Assembly (NCBI GenBank): GCA_044229215.1
Contig: JBGATL010000001.1
Location: 1-52,529, forward strand
Direction: 5' to 3'
DNA: 52,529 bases
From: Flavobacteriales bacterium
Lineage (GTDB): Bacteria; Bacteroidota; Bacteroidia; Flavobacteriales_F; PHOS-HE28
Within the stretch, counting starts at the first letter, position 1. The number at the start of each line of letters is the position of its first letter. Below the pieces are notes generated by a model. The model did no database searches and was not told the DNA's origin. It was given only the letters and a program-made list of their open reading frames with translations. Made by a program: the position numbers and the translations under genes. This document shows positions 1 to 9,939 of the stretch, in pieces.

Positions 1-790
1 GCGGCTCCAGGTTGAAGCGGATGCTCCCTTGGAACTGGTCGCCGCCCCATTGCGGAATGATGTACTTGGTTACGAAGGCGTCCATCTTTCCCTGGAACGC
101 CTGCACATCCACGCCCGGGGCCAGCACCAGGTAGTTGAAGCAACTGTTGTTGCCCCAGCTCTGCCCCAGTTGCTCCTTCGCTTGCGGCGGCATGCCCAGG
201 CGGCTCATGAACACACCCATGGGAATGTGCGTGTTGTCGGCCTTGCCATCGATCACGCCCGCCACTTTCAGCGTGCGTCCGTTGCGTTCCACGAGCTTGC
301 CGATCGGATCGTCCGCACCGAACATGCGCACGGCCATCTCCTGCATGATCACGATGTTGTCCGGCTCATCCAGCGCATCGGGCCCGCCGTGCGTGAAGGT
401 GAAGTCGAAGACCCGGAAGGTACTCGTATCCGCGTTGTAGCCGTCCTGCGCGATGTACGGCTTGCCCTGATAGGTCAAGGTGGTCTGGCCCAGTTGATAG
501 AGCGACACGCCTTGTTCGATGTCAGGATACTCCTTCAATAGGGCCTCCACGATGGGGAAGGGCGTGATGCCGAAGTCGTCCTGCGTATCGCCGAAGCTGT
601 AGTGGGCTTGCACCCGGTGTATGCGGTCCGCCTTCGCATGGTGGGCATCGAAGCTCAACTCATCCTGTACGTAGATGTAGATGAGGAAGCAGGCCGTGAT
701 GCCGATGGCCAGACCGAGGATGTTGAGCGCGGCGAAGAGCTTGTCGCGCTTGAGGGTGCGCCAGGCGATGAGGAGGTTGTTCTTCCACAT
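1..790 (-). CDS. ABC transporter permease, FtsX/MacB-like, N-terminal part (gene runs off the left edge)
   Basis: My own reverse translation from the ATG at 790-788 gives MWKNNLLIAWRTLKRDKLFAALNILGLAIGITACFLIYIYVQDELSFDAHHAKADRIHRV... This is the typical N-terminal TM helix followed by the periplasmic domain of MacB/FtsX-type permeases. It starts 8 nt after the ATPase stop. It is absent from the ORF track only because it is open at the window edge. Confidence 0.75.
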   Translation of the reverse strand, partial: MWKNNLLIAWRTLKRDKLFAALNILGLAIGITACFLIYIYVQDELSFDAHHAKADRIHRVQAHYSFGDTQDDFGITPFPIVEALLKEYPDIEQGVSLYQLGQTTLTYQGKPYIAQDGYNADTSTFRVFDFTFTHGGPDALDEPDNIVIMQEMAVRMFGADDPIGKLVERNGRTLKVAGVIDGKADNTHIPMGVFMSRLGMPPQAKEQLGQSWGNNSCFNYLVLAPGVDVQAFQGKMDAFVTKYIIPQWGGDQFQGSIRFNLEP

Positions 791-798
791 GGCCAGGA

Positions 799-1494
799 TC
801 AATGGATCACCTGTGTGGACACTTCGGCTCGCAGCACACTACCGTCCAACAGGTTGATGGTGCGTTGAGCGAAGCCCGCATCACGCAGGCTGTGCGTGAC
901 GATGATCACCGTGGTGCCGGCCTTGTTCAGTTCGGTGAGCAGGCCCATCACTTCCTCGCCCATGGCGCTGTCCAGGTTGCCCGTGGGTTCGTCGGCGAGG
1001 ATCAATTTGGGCGCGTTCACCACGGCGCGCGCAATGGCCACGCGCTGCTGCTGGCCTCCGCTGAGTTGCTGGGGGAAGTGTTTCGCGCGGTGCCCGATGT
1101 TCATGCGCTCCATCGCCTCCTGCACGCGTTGCTTCCGCTCGGCCTTGCCCATGCGCGTGTAGATCAGCGGAAGTTCGATGTTCTCGGCCACCGTCAGTTC
1201 ATCGATCAGGTTGAAGCTCTGGAACACGAAGCCGATGGTGCTCTTGCGCACCTCGGCGCGTTTGCGTTCGTTGTAGGCGCTCACGTCCTCGCCGTTCACG
1301 AAGTACTGTCCGCTGCTGGGCGAGTCGAGCAAGCCGATGATGTTGAGCAAGGTGGACTTCCCGCATCCGCTCGGCCCCATGATGGCGACGAACTCGCCTT
1401 GCGCGATGTCGATGCTCACGTTGCTCAGCGCGGTGGTCTCCACGGTGTCGGTGCGGTAGATCTTGGAGAGGCTCTGGGTTCGGAGGAGGGACAT
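799..1494 (-). CDS. ABC transporter ATP-binding protein (MacB/LolD-like ATPase)
   Basis: ORF 799..1551. Walker [10 protein letters not shown], signature [14 protein letters not shown], Walker B LILADEPT. Start trimmed to the ATG at 1494-1492 ([13 protein letters not shown]...), the usual N-terminus of this family. Confidence 0.93.
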   Translation of the reverse strand: MSLLRTQSLSKIYRTDTVETTALSNVSIDIAQGEFVAIMGPSGCGKSTLLNIIGLLDSPSSGQYFVNGEDVSAYNERKRAEVRKSTIGFVFQSFNLIDELTVAENIELPLIYTRMGKAERKQRVQEAMERMNIGHRAKHFPQQLSGGQQQRVAIARAVVNAPKLILADEPTGNLDSAMGEEVMGLLTELNKAGTTVIIVTHSLRDAGFAQRTINLLDGSVLRAEVSTQVIH

Positions 1495-1597
1495 GGGTTT
1501 CTTGGGTTTGTGGCACGGATCGATGTCCGCAAGGCTCAGGCTGCAAGCCACAAGCTGGTCCAGCTTGAGACTTGAGGCTTGGAGCTTGCGGCTTGTG

Positions 1598-2845
1598 TCA
1601 TTGAATGATCAGTTCGTCGGCATCGTTGAATGCGGCATATCGGCTGGTGATCACACGGTCTCCAGGTATCAATCCTTCGAGCACTTCGTACATGTCCGGG
1701 TTCTGGCGGCCGAGTTTCACCTCGCGTTTCACGGCCTTGCCCTCGGCATCCACCACGTACACCCATTGTCCGCCGGTATCCTGGAAGAATGGTCCACGGG
1801 GCAGCATCACGGCCTGCATGTCCTCACTCAATTGCAGGCGCACTTGGAAGGTCTGCCCGCGCCGGATGTCCACCGGTTGCGCACCCGTGAAACGCAGGTC
1901 CACGTCGAACTCGCCGTTGCTCACCTCGGGGTACACTTTGAACACCTCGATGCTATGCTCTTTGCCCGCGTGCGTGAACGTGCCGAGCAGGCCCATGCTC
2001 ACTCGGCTCACATAGTGTTCCGGGATGCGTGCGCGCACCTTGAAACTCCCCAGCACATCGATCTGTGCGATACGCTCTCCCTTCTGTTTGGTCTGGCCCA
2101 GTTCAACATTCAGACCGCTGAGCTGCCCATCGATGGGCGCTTTGATCACCAGGTTCTGCAGGTTCTCGCGCAGGAAGCGCAGGTTCTGCTGGATGAGGTC
2201 GAGGTTGCTGGTGATGGAGCCGAGCTGGCTCTGGCGGAACACGGAATCGCTACGCACGTTCGCGGCCAATAGCTTCCGTTTTTCGCGCATGTATACAAGC
2301 TGCTCCTGGTTGTTGAGGAAGGTGTTGGTGGCGAGCAGCGAGTCCTTCATCAGTTGCGCATCCACGCGACCATCGCGTTCCAAGCGTTTCAGGTCCTTGT
2401 CCAGGTTCAGCAGCTCGTCCCGGAGGCGCGTGGTCTGTTGATCCATGGCCAGGCGCGTATTGCGCAGGTTGTTCTGCTGATCGAGCAGTTGCGCCTCCCG
2501 GTTGATCGCGTCCATGTGCAGCTGCGGATTGTTCAGCTCGATGATCGCGTCGCCGGCCGTCACCATGTGGCCGTCCTCTACGAAACGCTGTTTCACCGTA
2601 CCGCCTTCCAACGCATCGAGGAAAACGGTCTGAATGGGCTGAACGGTCCCCGTTACCGGTATGAATTCGCGGAAGAGCCCTTTCTCCACCGTGCTCATCG
2701 TCACTTTCGCCGCTTCCACGCGCACTCGGCTCGTGGTGAACGAACTGCTCCAGAGCGCGACCGCGATCAACATCAAGCTGCTCGCGCAGCCCAACACGAT
2801 CAGGCGTTTGCGGCGGGCAGGACGAGGGTCGATCGCGCGGTCCAT
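1598..2845 (-). CDS. HlyD-family periplasmic adaptor (membrane fusion protein) of the ABC efflux system
   Basis: 415 aa. N-terminal TM anchor (LIVLGCASSLMLIAVALW), lipoyl-like motif (VEDGHMVTAGDAIIELNNPQL), long coiled-coil stretch and a beta-rich C-terminus. Same strand, directly upstream of the ATPase and permease. Confidence 0.85.
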   Translation of the reverse strand: MDRAIDPRPARRKRLIVLGCASSLMLIAVALWSSSFTTSRVRVEAAKVTMSTVEKGLFREFIPVTGTVQPIQTVFLDALEGGTVKQRFVEDGHMVTAGDAIIELNNPQLHMDAINREAQLLDQQNNLRNTRLAMDQQTTRLRDELLNLDKDLKRLERDGRVDAQLMKDSLLATNTFLNNQEQLVYMREKRKLLAANVRSDSVFRQSQLGSITSNLDLIQQNLRFLRENLQNLVIKAPIDGQLSGLNVELGQTKQKGERIAQIDVLGSFKVRARIPEHYVSRVSMGLLGTFTHAGKEHSIEVFKVYPEVSNGEFDVDLRFTGAQPVDIRRGQTFQVRLQLSEDMQAVMLPRGPFFQDTGGQWVYVVDAEGKAVKREVKLGRQNPDMYEVLEGLIPGDRVITSRYAAFNDADELIIQ

Positions 2846-3123
2846 GTACGTTCAATCCTTAACCAGTGGATCTTTCGGGACCACAGGGCCAAGGATGGCC
2901 GAAGGTGGAGCTACCTACAGTGTGGGTGAAGCGAGAAGTGATGGTCGGCAGATACCGTGACGAACCGCAGATCCATCCGGTCCATGTAGGTGGAATTCAA
3001 GAAGTGGATTCGCACATGGTACCTTCCTCTGAGTTCGACCAGCACCCCTTCGGTTGTGCGTGGTGGCAGACCAGCGGAGCCCAAGTCCATTGCAACGGTT
3101 GGAACGGGAGTTGGTCCGCCCCC

Positions 3124-6100
3124 TCACCGCCGCCACCGCCAGAGCACCACGCCAATGAGCAGCAGCAGGCCCCCACCGACCCACCAGCGATAGCGGTCCC
3201 ACCAGGAGAGGCCCACGGGTGATACATCGCCCACGAGCACCAGGCCGGCCCAGTAGTAGGGCATGGCCAATTCGTCGGAAGCCTGTTGCAGGTGATCCAA
3301 TTTGGCCTGGCGCAGGGCCTCGTGTTTAGGGAGGCCGTCGGCGAGGTGGTCATAGAACCGTTCGATCACTGCGGCACTCACCTGTTCATCGATGTTCCAG
3401 AGCGACATGACCAGGCTGGGGCATCCGGCATAAGCGAAGCTGTAGCCCAGGGACCGTACACCTTCGCCATCATCGCGCCCGGCACCGGTCTCGCAGGCGG
3501 TGAGCACGGCCAACTGTGCGCGGAGGTCCAACTCGTAGATCTCATAAGCGTGCAGGTAGCCATCTGCATCGGGATCCACCCCTTCCCCGTCCTTACTGAG
3601 GACCAACCGTGAATACATGGGATCGGTGGCGTTCATTTCAGCGTGTGTACCCAGGTGCAGGATCCCGTAGCGTGGAGCTGCATCGCGGAAGTCCCGCTCG
3701 TTGGCATGCATGCCCAGCAGGAGGTCGGCGTGCATCACTTGGCCCAGGTTCTCGGCGGTGCGCAGTGCGAAAGGTTGCCGCACATAGCTCAGGAAACGCT
3801 GGTCCCAACGCGAACTATCGGGTACTTGGGCACGGTACTGGTCCTTCAACTCGTCGGTGAACCCCGGGGCCAGGGCCAGGGTGGTGCTGGTGCGGTCGCG
3901 GGCCAATTCGGCGAAGCGCACGGCGGTGGTGGCGCTGAGCAGGTTGGCGATGGCATATCGTTGCAGCAGCAGGTGTCGGGTGTGGTCCGAGGGATCGGCA
4001 GGGGCTTGCAGCAGGGTCTCGAAGTTGATCGTGCGCAGGGGCCCATCGGGGATGATGAGCAGTTCGGTACCGGTGAGGTAGGCGGCCACGGGAGCGACCA
4101 ATCGTTGGTAGAGGGCGTGCGCGAGCTTCACGTAGGCCCGCCCATCCCGGTCGGCGATGGCCTTGTTGAAGGCACGGACCTCCTCCTCGAGCCCGGTTGC
4201 CGTGCCACGCACGAGGTATTCACCGGTAGGTCCGATCACCAGGGTGTGGACATACTCTTCCGTGATGGTGAACGACAACAGGTGGCGTCCCGGTTTGAGC
4301 AGGAGCCGTCGCAGATCATCCAGCTTGATCGCGGATACGCCGTAGCGCATGGCGTAATAGGTGGGATGATCCCGCTGTAGCCGCACGAGGAGATCGTGGT
4401 AGGCCTGTTCGTTCGCATGGAGCGCGGTGGCTGATGCGCGATCGGCCGCATTCACCTCGAGGGCCGCGATCAGTTGTTGTTCGTGATCGATCAGGCTGTC
4501 GGGCACACCGGCGAATCGGATGCCCTTGAAGGCGTTGAGCCGTTCCTTCAGGAGGGTGGAACGGTGTGCTTCGGAAAGGCGCAGGATCCGATCGGCCGTG
4601 GCGGTGGTACCCATGGCCTCCCGACCCTCGAAGGCGATGTCCACCGCGAGGTCGAAGAGGCGATCCTGGTTGGCGATCAGCATGAGTTTGCCGGTCTCGT
4701 CGTCCAGGGTGGTCTTATTGCGTTCGAGTGCGAGGATCGCAGTATCGAGGTCGGCGTTCCATTCGGGGTTGAAGGTGTTGCCGCTGAGCTTACGTTCGAT
4801 GACCACCTTCCAGTAAAGGGCATCGGAGAGCAGTTGCGGGGCGGGGAAGGTCTGCGGCACCAAGGCCTTGCGAAGCGCGGCCGCACGGTCCTGTACGATC
4901 CGTCGGGCCTCTTGCACATGCACCATGGCAGCCTGTGGATGGCCTGCACCGAGCTGCGCCTCGGCCAGTTTCAGGTCGGCCTGGGCGACCGCATGGTGCA
5001 TGGTATCGTAGGTGTGGATGGTGATGGCCCGGGCATCGCGGAGATCGGTGATGGCTTCGGACCAGCGTTGTGTGGCCATGCGCACCTCGGCCCGGCCCTG
5101 TAAGGCCAGGTGCAGGACCGCATCGGTATCCCGGTCCTTGCCGAGGGGAGCGGTGGCGATGCTCCGGGCGAAGAGTGAATCGGCCTGGTGCAGGTCGCCT
5201 TGTCGCCTCCGGATGTCGCCCAGTTGGTAGCAGGCCCTGCGCGATTCCTCACTGTGGGTACCGTATGCCCGTTCCGCAGCACGAAGGACATCGGTGGCGA
5301 GCACCCGTGCACGTTCCAGGTTCCCCGCTTCGATCTCCAGGTCGGCGAACCGCTGTTGGATGGCCAGGAGCTGTGGATCGTCGGCCTCGAGCACACTGCT
5401 GCGATCGCGATGGGCCAGTTTGAGGAGCTCCCGTGCGCGGCCGTGGTCGCCGAGGTGGAAGGCGACGGTGGCCAGGTTGAGGTAGGTGCGCGAGCGGTTC
5501 ACGATGGCCTCCTCGCGCGTGAACCGGTCGGTGGTGCGGGCGATGAGCCGGTCGCTGGTGCGCATGCTCTCATCGTACGAATTGTAGGCACGGGTAAGGT
5601 CGCCTGCACCCTGCCACAGTACGCCGAGGTTCCCGTAGGTGCTCACCCTTCGGGCCAGGGCCGCCTCGGAGCTGTCGGCACCCAGGGCCTGTAAGGCTTG
5701 TTGGTATTGGTGCTCCGCTTCGCGGATACGGCCCAGATGCCAGTACGCCGCACCCACGGCGGTGTGCGACTCGGCCCATTGGATGGCGGGCACATCATCG
5801 GCCCGTTCATACTGGGCCAACGCTTCCTTCGCCCAGTAGGCCGAAGCCTGGTGGTCGCCCAGGATGCTATGGTCGAATGCCAGGTACTGGCGGGCGCGGC
5901 CGCGTTGTTGGAAGGAGATCGTGCTGCTCCCATCGGCCACCTTCACGGCGAGGGAATCGACACGTGCGCATTGGCGAAGGTCACCGGCCTCGTAGTAGAC
6001 CCAACTGAGGTCGAAGAGGGCCTCCAGTTCATTGGCTGCCACGGCGCGTTCGTGTACAAGTGCAAGGATCCGCTCGGCACCTTCGGTGGAGGCTTTCACT

Positions 6101-6363
6101 CCCTGGGTGCGCCGCAGGGCATGACCGTACTTGTACAGGTAGTGGTGCAAGGAGTCGGCCCAGCTGGTGCCGGGAGCTTGTTCCACCTGGGTCTCGATCT
6201 CGCGTACCACGGCGGCGTGGTCACCCGCTTCGCTCAAGGTGTTGATGCGTGCATGGCGGGCCGCACGTTGATCGCCTTGCGCCCGGCCGGCCATAGCGCA
6301 AAGGCCCCATACACACACCAACCCGATGCGTACCCACCGATGTCGCGGTGGACCAGCCCTCAT
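3124..6363 (-). CDS. Secreted TPR-repeat protein with C-terminal CHAT (caspase-like) protease domain and C-terminal membrane anchor
   Basis: ORF 3124..6480 trimmed to the ATG at 6363 (MRAGPPRHRWVRIGLVCVWGLCAMAGRAQG, signal-peptide-like). That ATG overlaps the upstream stop as ATGA. A long TPR-like array is followed by a CHAT module with a His (ILHLGTHAE) and Cys (AVLTACETGAG) dyad. Terminal TM helix WWVGGGLLLLIGVVLWRWRR. Confidence 0.85.
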   Translation of the reverse strand: MRAGPPRHRWVRIGLVCVWGLCAMAGRAQGDQRAARHARINTLSEAGDHAAVVREIETQVEQAPGTSWADSLHHYLYKYGHALRRTQGVKASTEGAERILALVHERAVAANELEALFDLSWVYYEAGDLRQCARVDSLAVKVADGSSTISFQQRGRARQYLAFDHSILGDHQASAYWAKEALAQYERADDVPAIQWAESHTAVGAAYWHLGRIREAEHQYQQALQALGADSSEAALARRVSTYGNLGVLWQGAGDLTRAYNSYDESMRTSDRLIARTTDRFTREEAIVNRSRTYLNLATVAFHLGDHGRARELLKLAHRDRSSVLEADDPQLLAIQQRFADLEIEAGNLERARVLATDVLRAAERAYGTHSEESRRACYQLGDIRRRQGDLHQADSLFARSIATAPLGKDRDTDAVLHLALQGRAEVRMATQRWSEAITDLRDARAITIHTYDTMHHAVAQADLKLAEAQLGAGHPQAAMVHVQEARRIVQDRAAALRKALVPQTFPAPQLLSDALYWKVVIERKLSGNTFNPEWNADLDTAILALERNKTTLDDETGKLMLIANQDRLFDLAVDIAFEGREAMGTTATADRILRLSEAHRSTLLKERLNAFKGIRFAGVPDSLIDHEQQLIAALEVNAADRASATALHANEQAYHDLLVRLQRDHPTYYAMRYGVSAIKLDDLRRLLLKPGRHLLSFTITEEYVHTLVIGPTGEYLVRGTATGLEEEVRAFNKAIADRDGRAYVKLAHALYQRLVAPVAAYLTGTELLIIPDGPLRTINFETLLQAPADPSDHTRHLLLQRYAIANLLSATTAVRFAELARDRTSTTLALAPGFTDELKDQYRAQVPDSSRWDQRFLSYVRQPFALRTAENLGQVMHADLLLGMHANERDFRDAAPRYGILHLGTHAEMNATDPMYSRLVLSKDGEGVDPDADGYLHAYEIYELDLRAQLAVLTACETGAGRDDGEGVRSLGYSFAYAGCPSLVMSLWNIDEQVSAAVIERFYDHLADGLPKHEALRQAKLDHLQQASDELAMPYYWAGLVLVGDVSPVGLSWWDRYRWWVGGGLLLLIGVVLWRWRR

Positions 6364-7085
6364 CGCAAGGCGTGTTGGATCGTCGCCGCGCGTGCCGCAA
6401 ATGGCGAGGCCGGGTCGAACGGTACGGTACGGGCATGGGCCGTATCGCCTGCATGGGTATAGGCCAGGAAGAGGTACCAAGCGGCCTTATCGGCGAAGGG
6501 TGATGCGGTATCGGCCGAGGCCTTTTCCAACAGGGGCACTGCCCCCGGTATGTCCCCGGCACCCAGGGCGGCCATGGCGGTGTAGTACCGAAGGGTGTCG
6601 CTGCCGGGTCGGTCCTTCAACTGGCTGCTCCATTTTTCACGGGCTGCTGCGAACGCCTGCATCTTATAATCCACCATGGCATCATCGAAGGCAGGATCCT
6701 CGGAGGCATCCATGGCCACGGGCAGTCCGGGATCGGGGCGGAAATGTTCGGCGAATAGTTGCTCGCCAGTGGTGGGTCGAGAGAGCCACCAGATCGCGGA
6801 GGCCAGCACGAGGGTCACCACGGCAGCGACCTTCAGATAGCTGACCCAACGCCTGGATGTTACCGGGGTGGCACGTTGGACCCGGGCCAGCTCGCGCAAG
6901 GTGCGCTGCACGCCTCCGAGCTCCACGGCGTGTATGTGCTCCTGTTGCTGTTCCAACTCCGCACGAAGGGCGGCATCGGCCCGAAGTCGTTTCTCGTAAT
7001 GTTCACGTTCGAGCGTTGGCATGGTACCGAGCACGTATGCCTCCATGCGCTCGAACTCCTCCTGCTCCAAATTGTGGTTCTTCAT
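6360..7085 (-). CDS. Single-pass membrane protein with periplasmic TPR-like domain, anti-sigma-factor-like by position
   Basis: ORF 6360..7250 trimmed to the ATG at 7085 (MKNHNLEQEEFERMEAYVLGTMP...), which overlaps the sigma-factor stop as ATGA. One TM helix (YLKVAAVVTLVLASAIWWL). The C-terminal half is helical-repeat-like. No HxxxCxxC zinc motif. Confidence 0.6.
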   Translation of the reverse strand: MKNHNLEQEEFERMEAYVLGTMPTLEREHYEKRLRADAALRAELEQQQEHIHAVELGGVQRTLRELARVQRATPVTSRRWVSYLKVAAVVTLVLASAIWWLSRPTTGEQLFAEHFRPDPGLPVAMDASEDPAFDDAMVDYKMQAFAAAREKWSSQLKDRPGSDTLRYYTAMAALGAGDIPGAVPLLEKASADTASPFADKAAWYLFLAYTHAGDTAHARTVPFDPASPFAARAATIQHALR

Positions 7086-7717
7086 CCCCATTCCTTTTCT
7101 TCTCCGCGTATCGCATTGCGGAACGCCCTTAACTTCATCATGCACCGGTACTTGATGGTGCGCACACTTTCTTCGGTCACTCCCATGGCCGCGGCGATGG
7201 TGGCCAGGTCCTTCCGTTCGAAGTAGAACTGGTCCAGCACATTGCGGCATTTGTCGTCCAACTTTTCATACACCCCACGCAGGCGCACGAGTCGCTCCTC
7301 GATGGCCTCCTCGCTCCCATCGAGCGGGTCCTGCAAGCGGTCGTCGTGGATCACTTTCATGTGTTTATGTGCTGCGGAACGTACCACGTCAAGCCATTTG
7401 TTCTTCGCGACCCGATAGAGGAACCCGCCGGGATCCGCTTCCGGGATGAGTTGTCCATCCTTCACCTTGAGCCACAGCACCAGGATGGCCTCCTGGAAGA
7501 CGTCCCGGGCATCGTCCTCGGTGCCGCTGTTCCGCAACACATAGGTGCGGACCGTGGGGTAATGTGCATTGTACAGCGTGCCCAGGACCTCCGGGTCGTT
7601 CCGACGTAGCCCGATGACCCAAGGAGCCTCGTTGGTCCCGATATGCACGTCCTCTCTGGCCACGGTCAAAGTCCGAGGCAGGGCCTTGGACCACGCGATA
7701 ATACTGAAGATCAGCAT
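7082..7717 (-). CDS. RNA polymerase ECF-type sigma-70 factor
   Basis: Region 2 (DARDVFQEAILVLWLK, FLYRVAKNKWLDVVR) and region 4 HTH (RKDLATIAAAMGVTEESVRTIKYRCMMKLR). The start is uncertain: ATG at 7717, or in-frame GTG at 7663 or 7648, which would give a more typical N-terminal length. Confidence 0.85.
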   Translation of the reverse strand: MLIFSIIAWSKALPRTLTVAREDVHIGTNEAPWVIGLRRNDPEVLGTLYNAHYPTVRTYVLRNSGTEDDARDVFQEAILVLWLKVKDGQLIPEADPGGFLYRVAKNKWLDVVRSAAHKHMKVIHDDRLQDPLDGSEEAIEERLVRLRGVYEKLDDKCRNVLDQFYFERKDLATIAAAMGVTEESVRTIKYRCMMKLRAFRNAIRGEEKEWG

Positions 7718-8237
7718 GCCGCGCCAGTGGAAGGGGTGCGAATAACGGCTTCACGACCCAACATCGGGGATCGTACCCGGATGTGAACAGAGGACGTGGA
7801 TCACCTTTCCCGGTGCTTATACCCTTTCACGTCACGATAGGCAGGCCGATGTCATGGGAAAGCTGGAACATGAACACCACCACCCTCCGCCACCCCAAGC
7901 CCGACCGCGGGTCCGATGATCTCCTTGAACCATCCGCAAGGGATCCCAAGGATCACCCGGAAGTGGATCTGTAGCCACGGACCAAGCTCTCTGGAGCATC
8001 AATCGCCCATTCCACCGATCAGGTCATCGACCCATGAACCAACCGCTGCTCCTTCTTCTCGGTTCCCGGGCCATGCACTGCGCCGCACGACCGGTCTGCA
8101 TCGCACCCACGGCCATACGCTCCGAAGGTGCCGAAGCCGACTTCTTGAGTGCCAGGAGGATCGATGTCCCCGTGAACCTTGGCCCTAGATGTGTGTACGG
8201 GTGGTTGGAGGTCCATCAGGACTACCTTCACCACCCC

Positions 8238-9914
8238 ATGCACATGCTGCCAGCCCACGCTATCCGACACACTGCATTGCCGCTGTGTGCGCTCCTCGCC
8301 GTCCTTTTACTCCGAACGGAGGTCTTCGCAACGACCTCCGATACCGAAGGCAAGCCCATCACCAGCAAAGTGACCAGTGCCAAGGTCTTCTTGGCCGGGG
8401 TACAGGTGAGCCGTTCGGCCTCCACCGCCATCCCGGCGGGGCCGAGCACCCTGGTCTTCACGGGTCTCACCCAGCACATCGACCCGCAGAGCCTACAGGT
8501 CACTGGCAAAGGAGGTTACACGATCCTGAGCGTGAACCACCGGATCAACCACCTGAGCGAAAGCCCGAAGAAGAAAGAGATGGAAGAGCTACAAGCCCGT
8601 TTGAAGAAGCTGGAGAAGGAATGGGCCTTGGAGAAGGCCATGCAGGACGTGTGGGTGAACGAGGAGCAATTGCTGAACAAGAACAGCAGCATCGGCGGGC
8701 AGCAGAATGGTCTCACGGCCGCACAGCTCACGGCGGTGAACGACTATGTGCGGGAGCGTTTGCGGGTGACCAAGTCGAACTGGCTGAGCCAGCAGGAGAA
8801 GCTGAACGAACTACAGGAAGAGAAGGAGAAGGTGCGCCAGGAACTCGGCCAGTACCAGGCGCAAACGCCGCAGCCCACCAGCGAGGTGGTGGTGGAGATC
8901 AGCAGCGCGGCGGAGGTCGCGGCCACCTTCACGCTCACCTACTACTCACCGAACGCAGGATGGACACCGGCCTACGACCTGCGGGCCAAGGCCGTTGGAC
9001 AACCCATCGAACTACTGATGAAAGCCCAGGTGGTGAACGCCACCGGCGAGGATTGGAACAAAGTGGACCTGAGTCTGAGCAGCGGGAACCCTACGTTGGG
9101 TGGTGTGATGCCTGTGCTGAACCCGTGGACCCTCTACATCCACCGCCCGGTGCGGTTGCAGGAAATGAGCACGGCGCGACGGTATAAACATTCAGAGATG
9201 GCGGCGCCACCGCCCATGGCTGGCGCAAGCGACATGGAGGATGCCGGGAAGTCCTACGCGGAGATGGATGCGAACTACAATTTCGCCAGTGCGATCACCT
9301 CGCGGACCACGACCACGGAATACACGATCGATGTGCCCTTCACGATCCCCACGGATGGCATCCCGCATACCGTGGGAGTACAGAGCCGCAGCATCGATGC
9401 CAGCTACAAGCACTACGCCACCCCGAAGCTGGACAAGGACGCCTTCCTGTATGCTCGAACCACGGGCTGGGAGGACCTCAACCTGTTGCCGGGCGAGGCC
9501 AACGTGTTCTTTGAGGGCACCTTCGTTGGCCAAAGCTTCCTGCAACTGGATGCGCCGAACGACACCTTGAACATCTCCTTGGGCCGGGACAAGGGCGTGG
9601 TGGTGGAGCGGGTGAAACGCAAACGCGAGAACGACAAGTCCCTCGTTGGCGGCAGCCGCACGATCACGGCCGGTTGGGACCTCACCGTGCGCAACACCAA
9701 GGGCACGACCGTGGACCTGGAGATCAAGGACCAGTACCCATTGAGCCCGCAGAGCGAGATCGAGGTGAAGCTCACCGACAAGGGTGGCGCCGTCGTGGAC
9801 GAGAGCAAGGGGCAACTCACCTGGAGCCTCACCGTGGCCTCGAAGGAAACACGGAAGCTCGGCTTCACCTACACGGTGAAACACCCGAAGGACATGCCCG
9901 TGGTGGTTGAGTGA
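8238..9914 (+). CDS. DUF4139-domain protein (MuiA-like family), secreted
   Basis: ORF 8034..9914 trimmed to the ATG at 8238 ([31 protein letters not shown], signal peptide). DUF4140-like N-terminus (KVFLAGVQVSRSASTAIPAGPSTLVFTGLTQHIDPQSLQVTGKG), coiled-coil linker (EMEELQARLKKLEKEWALEK), beta-rich C-terminal region. Confidence 0.78.
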   Translation: MHMLPAHAIRHTALPLCALLAVLLLRTEVFATTSDTEGKPITSKVTSAKVFLAGVQVSRSASTAIPAGPSTLVFTGLTQHIDPQSLQVTGKGGYTILSVNHRINHLSESPKKKEMEELQARLKKLEKEWALEKAMQDVWVNEEQLLNKNSSIGGQQNGLTAAQLTAVNDYVRERLRVTKSNWLSQQEKLNELQEEKEKVRQELGQYQAQTPQPTSEVVVEISSAAEVAATFTLTYYSPNAGWTPAYDLRAKAVGQPIELLMKAQVVNATGEDWNKVDLSLSSGNPTLGGVMPVLNPWTLYIHRPVRLQEMSTARRYKHSEMAAPPPMAGASDMEDAGKSYAEMDANYNFASAITSRTTTTEYTIDVPFTIPTDGIPHTVGVQSRSIDASYKHYATPKLDKDAFLYARTTGWEDLNLLPGEANVFFEGTFVGQSFLQLDAPNDTLNISLGRDKGVVVERVKRKRENDKSLVGGSRTITAGWDLTVRNTKGTTVDLEIKDQYPLSPQSEIEVKLTDKGGAVVDESKGQLTWSLTVASKETRKLGFTYTVKHPKDMPVVVE

Positions 9915-9939
9915 ACCGCGTATCGACGACGGGGAGCGA

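Noticed and set aside
8034-8237. Longer N-terminus for the DUF4139 protein starting at 8034
   Set aside because: The extra 68 residues precede a good signal peptide that starts at the ATG at 8238. A signal peptide must be N-terminal, so the internal ATG is preferred.
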